Origin: a virus
Taxonomy: Duplodnaviria; Caudoviricetes
Length of the DNA: 48,251 nucleotides
Virus record (IMG/VR): IMGVR_UViG_3300027373_000174
Location: 1-48,251 of that record
Strand: one strand, 5' to 3'
A program made the translations under genes and the position numbers. Position 1 is the stretch's first letter, and each line of letters opens with the position of its first letter. Shown piece after piece: positions 26,772 through 34,433 of this stretch. Under the pieces are notes generated by a model. The model saw nothing but the letters and a program-made list of their open reading frames with translations. It did no database searches and was not told where the DNA came from.

Positions 26772-28509
26772 AGGCGGCAAAATCACGCAGGAAAACGGCG
26801 CGGTGTACCTTGAAGGCTACGCCAATACCAAGGGGCAGGCCGACCGCTATGGCGATATCCCGACGGTGTATAAATCGAAGCGCGACTACGTTTACGACCT
26901 GAAGGAATATCTCAAGAACCCTGTGCTGCTGGTGGACCATGTGAACGCGATAGACCATGTTGCCGGTTCCATGGCAGAGATACGCGAGGACGCGCGCGGG
27001 CTCTACTTCAAGGCCAAGTTTTCCGCTTCGGATTACCCGGTAGTGGAACACGCCCGCCGCATCTACACGGAAGGCCACGCGAAGGGCATATCCATAGCGG
27101 GCAAATTCCATTACGAGAACCCCGACGCGCCGAACCAGCTCACGCTGGCCGAGATATACGAGATATCGCTTGTAGCGGTGCCCGCCGACCCAGACGCGCT
27201 GGCGGAGGCGGTACAGAAGGCCCTGAAAAGTTTAAGCAAATCCGATAAAGACGGAGGCAACACGATGGAAGCACAGACCGAGAAACAACCGTCCGGCGAG
27301 AAGCCGGACATCAACGCGCCCTTGGGCGAGTTGCGCAGGACGCTGGAGGGCAGAATAGACGACTGCCTGACCAAGGACAAGGCCGAGAAGCTGGTAGAGG
27401 AAATAGTCCGCAAGATGCACCCGCAGGCCACGGGCAGGCAGGTCCCGCCCCAGACGCCGGAAGAGGTTCTTGAACGCGCCGAAACTTTCAAGGCGTCACC
27501 CAAGAACGTGGCTGAAAAGCCGTGGACCAGCGAATACGGCAGGAAGTTCGGCGGCATGCGCAATTTCCTGCTGGCGGCGAAAGAACGGCACCCCATGCTG
27601 GCTGACGCGAAGGCGCTTATGGTGGAAGGCGCACCCGCATCGGGCGGCTACCTTGTCCCGACCGAGTTTTCCTACGAGGTCATACGGTTGCTGCGCGACG
27701 CGTCGCCCATCATGCGGCTGGCGAACGTGTTGCCGATGAGCACCTGGAAGCGCCAGTTGCCCCGGCAGCTTACCAACGTGAGCATCGGCTGGGTGAGCGA
27801 GGCCGGGACAAAACCCACCACCAGCCCCACGTTCGGCCAGTTGGAGCAGGTGGCGAAGGTGATGGCGGCTGTGATCAAGTGCACCGATGAACTTCTGCGG
27901 GACAGCGCCATCAACCTGACGGCCTTCCTGTCGGAGCTTATCAGCGAGGCGATGGCGCTTGAAATCGAGCGCGTGGCGCTTACCGGCGCTGTCGGCCCCG
28001 TGGGCATGACGGGCGACCCGTTCGCAGGGGTGCTGTACAGCTCCGGCGTGAACGTCGTCAGCATGTCTGGCGCTTCGGTCAGCTTTGACGATATCGCGGA
28101 GCTGATATTTTCCCAGAGCGGCGTCTATTCGCAGGGCGCGACGATAGTGCTCAACCGCACGGGGCTGAAGAAGCTGCTTAAAATCCGCGACACGGTGGGC
28201 AACTACATCTGGCAGCCGCCCGCAGGGAACATCCCGGCGACCATCTGGAACGTGCCGTATGAAATCTGCCCCACGCTGCCGAATACGCTGGGCGACGGCA
28301 GCCAGACCGTGGCGATATTCGGGCGGTTCGACAAGGGTCTGTTCATATCCCCGCGCGAGGGCATGGCGGTGAAGGTATCGCAGGACGCCTACGACGCGGG
28401 CGACGCAAGCAACGCGTTCATGCAGGACCAGACCTGGCTGAGGTTCACGCAGGCGCTGTCGATAGACGTGGCGCAGCCCGCGCTGTTCAGCTACCTGCTG
28501 TTCAAGTGA
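26740..28509 (+). CDS. HK97 prohead protease fused in frame to major capsid protein (internal capsid start at 27265)
   Basis: Protease motifs LEGYA, NPVLLVDH, GISIAG, EISLVAVPAD; capsid motifs GGYLVP, WVSE, YIWQP; internal GGAGG-N7-ATG at 27265. Confidence 0.93.
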   Translation: MDRQYKILPIEGGKITQENGAVYLEGYANTKGQADRYGDIPTVYKSKRDYVYDLKEYLKNPVLLVDHVNAIDHVAGSMAEIREDARGLYFKAKFSASDYPVVEHARRIYTEGHAKGISIAGKFHYENPDAPNQLTLAEIYEISLVAVPADPDALAEAVQKALKSLSKSDKDGGNTMEAQTEKQPSGEKPDINAPLGELRRTLEGRIDDCLTKDKAEKLVEEIVRKMHPQATGRQVPPQTPEEVLERAETFKASPKNVAEKPWTSEYGRKFGGMRNFLLAAKERHPMLADAKALMVEGAPASGGYLVPTEFSYEVIRLLRDASPIMRLANVLPMSTWKRQLPRQLTNVSIGWVSEAGTKPTTSPTFGQLEQVAKVMAAVIKCTDELLRDSAINLTAFLSELISEAMALEIERVALTGAVGPVGMTGDPFAGVLYSSGVNVVSMSGASVSFDDIAELIFSQSGVYSQGATIVLNRTGLKKLLKIRDTVGNYIWQPPAGNIPATIWNVPYEICPTLPNTLGDGSQTVAIFGRFDKGLFISPREGMAVKVSQDAYDAGDASNAFMQDQTWLRFTQALSIDVAQPALFSYLLFK

Positions 28510-28517
28510 GGATAACC

Positions 28518-28664
28518 ATGGGCATATACAAAGTCAAAAAGGCGTTCGGGCATTACTCGGTCGGCTCCATTGTTCAGCTGTCGGACGGCGACGCCGAGAA
28601 GTACAAGGACTTCATCGAGGCGGTGAAGGACAACAAGAAGGCGACCGCCTCCGGGGGCAAATAG
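28518..28664 (+). CDS. Small head-region protein (48 aa, absent from ORF track)
   Basis: GAGG RBS; MGIYKVKKAFGHYSVGSIVQLSDGDAEKY...; fills the gap exactly. Confidence 0.65.
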   Translation: MGIYKVKKAFGHYSVGSIVQLSDGDAEKYKDFIEAVKDNKKATASGGK

Positions 28665-28666
28665 CC

Positions 28667-29221
28667 ATGGGTTCCCGCCTGCTGGTGCCGCCATCTGTCG
28701 AGCCTGTCAGCGTAGCCGAACAGAAAGCGTTCATGCGCGTGGAAATCGCGGATGAGGACGCGCTGACGGCTTCGTTCATCACGGCGGCTCGGCAGGCGGT
28801 GGAATCCATAACCGGGCGGGCGCTGATAACGCAGCAATGGCTGGCGACGTTCGAAAGTTCCCGGCGCACCGGCAGGCGGCTGGAACTGCCGGTAACACCG
28901 GTGCGGGCGGTGGAGTCCGTCATTGTGGACGGTGTGGCGCTGGATAAAAGCGCATATGTGGCTGACATTGTGTCGGAACCCGGCACCATAACGCTGCCGA
29001 AGATGTGCTGGAAAACCGCCGAAGTCACGTTCACCTGCGGTTACGGTGCCAGTGCCACGGATGTGCCGGAAGCGCTCCGGCTGGCGATCAAGCTGATGGC
29101 GGGCCACTGGTCGGAAAACCGCCTCGCGGTGTCCGACGCCAGCCATGCGAAGTTCGAGGAGCTGCCGATGGGCGTGCGCTATCTGTTGGCCACATACCGG
29201 CTGTGGGGACGGGCGTTATGA
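28667..29221 (+). CDS. Head-tail connector (gp6-like)
   Basis: EPVSVAEQKAFMRV..DEDAL, GRALITQQW, VPEALRLAI. Confidence 0.9.
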   Translation: MGSRLLVPPSVEPVSVAEQKAFMRVEIADEDALTASFITAARQAVESITGRALITQQWLATFESSRRTGRRLELPVTPVRAVESVIVDGVALDKSAYVADIVSEPGTITLPKMCWKTAEVTFTCGYGASATDVPEALRLAIKLMAGHWSENRLAVSDASHAKFEELPMGVRYLLATYRLWGRAL

Positions 29222-29532
29222 ACCCCGGCATGCTGAACCGGCGGGTGACGCTGCAAAAGCCGGGTGAAACACGCGACGGCGCGGGCCAGCTTGGCGGTTG
29301 GACGGATGTAGCGACGGTGTGGGCGGCGGTGCTGCCGTTGCGCGGGCGGGAATACTTCGCGGCGGAGCGCGTGGACAGCGAGGTGACGATCCGCATAATC
29401 GTCCGTTATCGCGCGGATGTGGGAACGAACTGGCGGGCATTGTGCGGCGGGCAGGCGTACCACATCGTGGAGATAATCAATCCGGCTGACGGCAAAGAAC
29501 AGTTGCAGCTTATGTGCAAGTGGGTGGACTGA
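29218..29532 (+). CDS. Head closure protein (SPP1 gp16-like)
   Basis: MNPGMLNRRVTLQ, WTDVATVWA, GREYF, IVRYR. Confidence 0.9.
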   Translation: MNPGMLNRRVTLQKPGETRDGAGQLGGWTDVATVWAAVLPLRGREYFAAERVDSEVTIRIIVRYRADVGTNWRALCGGQAYHIVEIINPADGKEQLQLMCKWVD

Positions 29533-29533
29533 C

Positions 29534-30013
29534 ATGGCAAAGATTGCGCTTAACGGCAGGGACGAACTGATAGCGGCGCTTAACCGGCTGGGCGCGGACG
29601 TACAGGTTGGTGCTGCGGAAGCCCTGCAAGGTCACGGGAAGGACGTGGCTAAAGCCTTGCGCGCGGCCCTGCCGGAGGGCGGCGGCGTATCCAAGCCGGG
29701 CGAAGCGCCGCATTCGCAGGAAACCCGCGCCAACCGCAGCGAAACGGCGAGAAAGGCCGTGCAGGTGATTGACCTCAAGGGCAGCGTGCATTGGGCAATG
29801 CGCAAGGCCGAGCTCGGCAAAGAGATCCTCGTCAGCGTCTATGTGCGCTTCAAGGGCAGCAACGGTTTCTACGGGCACATGCTGGAATACGGCACGTCGA
29901 AGCTGGCGGCGAGGCCGTTCTTCTGGCCGACGTTACTGAAACTGGCACCTGATGCCACCAAGCGTATAGAGCAGGTCATTCGCAAGGCCACGGAGCGCTT
30001 CAATGCTCGCTGA
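29534..30013 (+). CDS. HK97 gp10-like tail completion/neck protein
   Basis: SKPGEAP, YGHMLEYGTSKLAARPFFWP. Confidence 0.88.
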   Translation: MAKIALNGRDELIAALNRLGADVQVGAAEALQGHGKDVAKALRAALPEGGGVSKPGEAPHSQETRANRSETARKAVQVIDLKGSVHWAMRKAELGKEILVSVYVRFKGSNGFYGHMLEYGTSKLAARPFFWPTLLKLAPDATKRIEQVIRKATERFNAR

Positions 30014-30392
30014 CTTCTACGCTTATCTGTCGGCTGATACGGCGCTTGCAACGCTGCTTGGCGGCGAGGGCCGTATATACCCGGATGTTGCCCCGGAAGG
30101 GGCCACAGCGCCATATCTGGTCTACGGGATAGCGAGCGATGGCGGAGCGGAGGAAGTGCTTGGCGAGCTGTCCATCCGGGTGTCGGTATACGCGGACAGC
30201 GCGCTCAAGGCCGAGGCCATAGTGGAAAGGGTCAAGAGGTTGCTGGACGTTCAGGACGCCATAGCGATACCGTCGGCAATATACCGCATACGCTGGTGCA
30301 AGCAACTGGCCGGTTCCGGCATGTACGAGCCCGACACGCGGCTTTACAATCGGGCGCTGGTGTTTTCATTCAAGTTTACGGAGGTCATTTAA
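30003..30392 (+). CDS. Tail terminator (DUF3168-like)
   Basis: RIYPDVAPEGATAPYLVY; position in the operon. Confidence 0.8.
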   Translation: MLADFYAYLSADTALATLLGGEGRIYPDVAPEGATAPYLVYGIASDGGAEEVLGELSIRVSVYADSALKAEAIVERVKRLLDVQDAIAIPSAIYRIRWCKQLAGSGMYEPDTRLYNRALVFSFKFTEVI

Positions 30393-30923
30393 ATGGCGGG
30401 AAACAAAGGGAACGTGATAGTAGGCTTGCAGGACGGAACCATCAAGGTGGGCGAATACGGCGCGGCTGAAACGGCAGCCGTGGACGTCGGCTACATCAAG
30501 GGCGGCGTGCAGATACAGCACAGTGTGGACTGGGTGGATATAGAGGTGGATCAGGCGCTGGGCAAAATAGACATGGTGCCGAAGAAGGAGGAGATCACGC
30601 TGAAGTTCAGTATGGCGGAAGCGACGCTGGCGAACCTACAGACCGCGCTGGGCCACGGCGGCGCGAGCGTGTCCGGCACCACCCTGAAACTGACTGACGG
30701 CGCGTCGGCTAACGTGAAGACCGTGTTCGTGAACGTGAAGGGACCGGCGGGCGGAACGCGGAAATATTCCTTCTGGCGGGTGGTGTTCACCGGGAAGATA
30801 TCGCCCGCGTACAAGAAGGATGCCGAGACGTTGTTTGACGTAGAGGCCGACGTGCTGTGCGACACGTCCAAGGCGGCTGACGTCCGCTTCGGGCAAGTGG
30901 AGGACACGGCTGCAGCCGTGTAA
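30393..30923 (+). CDS. Major tail protein
   Basis: DVGYIKGGV, IEVDQ, MAEATLANL; position in the operon. Confidence 0.8.
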   Translation: MAGNKGNVIVGLQDGTIKVGEYGAAETAAVDVGYIKGGVQIQHSVDWVDIEVDQALGKIDMVPKKEEITLKFSMAEATLANLQTALGHGGASVSGTTLKLTDGASANVKTVFVNVKGPAGGTRKYSFWRVVFTGKISPAYKKDAETLFDVEADVLCDTSKAADVRFGQVEDTAAAV

Positions 30924-30929
30924 ACGAAC

Positions 30930-31358
30930 ATGAACGACAAGACACCCGATACCGTGGCCGCATTGATGCCCAAGAGTCGGCAAATCACGCTCGCCGGGAC
31001 GGACTATACCATCACGCCGCTGACCATACGGCAAATCATGGGGCTTATGCGGCTGGCCGGGAACTTCAAGCCGGTGGAACCCAGTACCAACCAGAAGGGC
31101 ATGCTGTTCGCCCTGCTGGCGCAGGCCGAGCCGAAACTGCCGGAGGTACTCGGCATATTGCTTGGCAATGGCGAGCCGGACGCGGCGCTTGTCGAGCGGT
31201 GCGCCAGCCTGACGCTGGAAGATGTTGCCATGCTGTCGCTGGCCGTAGCCGAGGTCAACGACTTCGGGAAGCTGCAGGCGACTTTTATGGCGGCGGTGGC
31301 GAGGATCAAGGCCGGTCTGTCGGCGGCGGGGACGGGCTCGGCGTCGCCTTCCGCCTGA
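30930..31358 (+). CDS. Tail assembly chaperone (gpG-like)
   Basis: Lies between the major tail and tape measure genes; overlapped by a -1 frame ORF. Confidence 0.75.
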   Translation: MNDKTPDTVAALMPKSRQITLAGTDYTITPLTIRQIMGLMRLAGNFKPVEPSTNQKGMLFALLAQAEPKLPEVLGILLGNGEPDAALVERCASLTLEDVAMLSLAVAEVNDFGKLQATFMAAVARIKAGLSAAGTGSASPSA

Positions 31359-31558
31359 TAGCGGCGAAATTCCCGCAGTACGGCTTCGAGGCGTTGCTGG
31401 ACAAGACGCCGCAGTGGCTGGAGTGGGTCGCATATCAAGCGGCTATGTGCGACGTGGACATGGTGAAAAAGATTCAGGCGGCAATAACGGGCGGTTATTC
31501 AACGGAACAGGATACGGACGCAACACTGGCGGATATGGGCATAGGAAAGAGGCAGTAA
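31290..31558 (+). CDS. Tail assembly chaperone extension (gpT-like), probably made by a -1 frameshift; 5' boundary approximate
   Basis: Open -1 frame (31199-31558) with no good RBS; LGVAFRLIAAKFPQYGFEALLDKTPQWL. No canonical slippery heptamer seen. Confidence 0.55.
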
Positions 31559-31585
31559 AAAACCGCACCCCGAAGGATGCGGCTT
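31557..31585 (-). terminator. Rho-independent terminator of the sRNA
   Basis: CCGCAUCC-UUCG-GGGUGCGG followed by U6; the C(UUCG)G loop, G-U pair and U tract all fit the minus strand. Confidence 0.8.
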
Positions 31586-31628
31586 CAAAAGGTTCCCGAT
31601 AGGCCCAATGAAGGGGAACTACCGGGCA
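31557..31628 (-). ncRNA. Candidate ~72-nt small RNA antisense to the tail operon
   Basis: Has its own promoter and terminator; stem CCCGGUAG/CUAUCGGG; no ORF. Confidence 0.7.
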
Positions 31629-31633
31629 CCATT

Positions 31634-31662
31634 AGCATAGCAGGTATTTTTTCTTGAGGCAA
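31634..31662 (-). promoter_or_regulatory. sigma70 promoter of the sRNA
   Basis: TTGCCT-17 bp-TATGCT with extended -10 TG and an AT-rich spacer. Confidence 0.7.
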
Positions 31663-31677
31663 GTTGGATGGACGATT

Positions 31678-33672
31678 ATGGCTAATCAGGCGTTATCGGT
31701 GGATTTCGGGCTTAACATCGACTGGGACAGCTTTAACTCGGCGGTCAATTCCGTCAACAAGCTGGACCGGCAGGTGTCTAAGTTCATATCCGGCGCGGAA
31801 AAAATCGCCACGGTATTCGCGGCTGGCGGCATCGCGCATACGCTGTTTGAGTGGGCCGAGGGCGCGGTCGAGAAGTACGCAGAGGTACAGAAGGCCGTGA
31901 TGGGCTTCGAACACGCCATGAACAACCTCGGCATAACCAGCAAGGCCGCCATAGCCGATTACGTTGCCTTCGCCGAGGCGCAGGCCAAATGCGCGATGTC
32001 CACCAAGGAACAGATACTGGAAACCGAACGCTTGCTGACGACGTTCGGCCTGTCGGGCGAAGCGCTGAAGCGCTCTACAAAGGCCGCGCTGGACCTGTCC
32101 TCCGGCCTTGGCGTGGACCTGCGCACGGCGACTATGATGCTTGGCAAGGCGTTCGAGGGCAACACCGCGTCGCTAGCGAAACTTGGTATCCAGATAGACG
32201 AAAACACGCCCAAGTCCAAGATCTTCGGCGAGGTGATGCGGCAGGTGGAGGAACGCTTTGGCGGCAGCGCCTCCGCTGAAATGAACACCTACGCCGGTAA
32301 GCTGAACCTGCTGAAGAAACAGTTCGACGATATCACGGAGACCATAGGCCGGTCGCTGATGCCTGTAGCCGTGAAGGTGCTGAACTGGTTCAAGGACCTC
32401 GGCACCGTACTGGAATGGCTGCTGCCGAAACTGGGCTTCTTCCAGAACGAGGACGAGCAACTGCGGGCCCATCTTGAGCGCGAGCTGAAAATCGCCGAAT
32501 CCCGTCTTGAGGGTTGGGAGAAAATGCTGGCGGCGCGACAGGGCAAAGACGGCTGGCTGTCGAACCTGCTGATAAACCGGAGCGAGCAGGCCATCAAGGA
32601 CGCGGACGAGATGGTGGAGAAGTACAAGGCCAAGATAGCCGAGATACACGCCCAGCTGGCATCCATAGGCAAGAGCCAATCCACCGGCAGCACCGTGCCT
32701 ACGCGAACAACTGGCGCGGTGGATAAACCCGCCGATACGCGGAAGGCCGACCTTGCCACCTTCCGGGAGTTGCAACGCGAGCTGGCGGAGTACCGCCGGG
32801 AGCAGGAAGCTCTTGCCGAAGCCTACACCGATGCCGACAGGAAGTTCACGGAACTGTCGCTGACCGAACAGGGCAAATCCTACGCCGAATACTTCGGCAC
32901 GGTACGCGTGGATTCATACATTACCGCCGCTAAACAGGGCGAGGATGCCAAGGCCGTGCGGCGGAATACCGAACTTGCCCTCCGGCAGATGAAGGCCGAC
33001 TACGCGGAGGCGGGCAAATCCATAGTATCCGGCTGGAAGCAGGCTGTCATAGAGCTTAAGAACGCCGGTCTGGACTGGAAGGCGTCGTTTTCGGGGCTGC
33101 TCGGTTCCGCAACAAGCAGCTTCGCCACCGCCTTCCGGCAGATATTGACCACGGCGCAAGGCGTGTTCGACGTCATACTGGAATCGGTCAACGCGCTGTT
33201 CCAGAGCATACTGGACGCCTTCCTGGACCTTATAGCGCAGATGGTCGCCAAACTGGCCATCTACGGGCTGCTGAACTTTTTCACCGGCGGGACAGGCGGT
33301 CTTGTTGGCAAGCTGTTCGGCTTTGCCGAGGGCGGACTGGTGCCGGGCGCGGCAGGGGCGGCGGTTCCCGCGATAGTCCACGGCGGCGAGTATGTGCTGC
33401 CCGCCAGCGTGGTGTCGGCCATCCGTTCCGGGCAGTCCACTGGGCAAGCAACTGGCGGCATGGCTCTTGCCGGGGCTTACGCCGGGTCAGGGGCGGTCAA
33501 TATCAGCATACCGGCGGTAAACATCTACGGGAACATGGCTAACACGCTGGATGTGAAGGCCGTGGCTGGCGAACTGTCGGAAGCCATACGGCGCGGCGTG
33601 TCGCAGGCGGTTGATCTGGCGAAGGTCAGCTACAAGGTAGGCTATGCCCGCAAAGGGGAGTCCTCGCTATGA
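31678..33672 (+). CDS. Tape measure protein
   Basis: Ala-rich helical protein, 664 aa; C-terminal FAEGGLVPG...PAIVHGGEYV. Confidence 0.9.
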   Translation: MANQALSVDFGLNIDWDSFNSAVNSVNKLDRQVSKFISGAEKIATVFAAGGIAHTLFEWAEGAVEKYAEVQKAVMGFEHAMNNLGITSKAAIADYVAFAEAQAKCAMSTKEQILETERLLTTFGLSGEALKRSTKAALDLSSGLGVDLRTATMMLGKAFEGNTASLAKLGIQIDENTPKSKIFGEVMRQVEERFGGSASAEMNTYAGKLNLLKKQFDDITETIGRSLMPVAVKVLNWFKDLGTVLEWLLPKLGFFQNEDEQLRAHLERELKIAESRLEGWEKMLAARQGKDGWLSNLLINRSEQAIKDADEMVEKYKAKIAEIHAQLASIGKSQSTGSTVPTRTTGAVDKPADTRKADLATFRELQRELAEYRREQEALAEAYTDADRKFTELSLTEQGKSYAEYFGTVRVDSYITAAKQGEDAKAVRRNTELALRQMKADYAEAGKSIVSGWKQAVIELKNAGLDWKASFSGLLGSATSSFATAFRQILTTAQGVFDVILESVNALFQSILDAFLDLIAQMVAKLAIYGLLNFFTGGTGGLVGKLFGFAEGGLVPGAAGAAVPAIVHGGEYVLPASVVSAIRSGQSTGQATGGMALAGAYAGSGAVNISIPAVNIYGNMANTLDVKAVAGELSEAIRRGVSQAVDLAKVSYKVGYARKGESSL

Positions 33673-34433
33673 AGATGAGCCCGATGGAAATCTATTCCGG
33701 GAACTTCCTGTCCGCGCAATGCCTTGTCACGGCAAGCAGCGGCGCGGGCGGCGTTGCGCTGCTCTATGACCAGAAGCCCGCCACGGCATGGTCCAGCGTT
33801 GCCTCCAGCGACAGCGTTACGGAAACGCTGGCCATAACCTTCCGCGATAACGCCGGACAATCGGTCGCCCGCGCGTTCGACGCCATCATGCTGCTGAACC
33901 ACAACGTGAAGGCGATGAGCGCGCGCTATCAGGACACCGCTGGTATGCAACAGGCCATAACCGAAGCCGTCATAGCCAATTGCCTGATGTCGGACCTGTT
34001 CATTGACCTGCCAGCGACGGTTACCGGCTCCGGCCTGACGCTGAACCTGTCGGCCACGCAAATCGCCGACCGCGAGAAATCCATTGGCGAGCTGAAGGTA
34101 TGCAAGCGGGTACTGACGCTTGGCAACGCAAAAGCAAGCTTCGAGCGGCGCGACCAGTCAAAGCAGGGGTATTACTACACAGCCGACGGCAGCCTCGTGT
34201 CTTGGCGGGAGTACACCAAACGCGCCGGAACACTTACCCTGGAGAACCTTCCCCTGCCCGACCGCAACACGCTGCTATCCGCCGTGGAGACTTACGACTT
34301 CCTGACCTTCGTGTTCCACCGCGATTTCTACGCGCGCGAGGTGTTTGAGTTCGCCGTCATAGCCCCGGTGAGCGAAACGCTGTCGCGCGATACCGGGCGT
34401 TACACGCTTTCGCTGGAGGTTGCGGAGCGATGA
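33669..34433 (+). CDS. Distal tail/baseplate protein
   Basis: ATGA-coupled after the tape measure gene; beta-rich. Confidence 0.6.
   Translation: MKMSPMEIYSGNFLSAQCLVTASSGAGGVALLYDQKPATAWSSVASSDSVTETLAITFRDNAGQSVARAFDAIMLLNHNVKAMSARYQDTAGMQQAITEAVIANCLMSDLFIDLPATVTGSGLTLNLSATQIADREKSIGELKVCKRVLTLGNAKASFERRDQSKQGYYYTADGSLVSWREYTKRAGTLTLENLPLPDRNTLLSAVETYDFLTFVFHRDFYAREVFEFAVIAPVSETLSRDTGRYTLSLEVAER

Noticed and set aside
31580-31630. CRISPR array
   Set aside because: Single unit only, with no repeat-spacer periodicity and no cas genes seen in the window.
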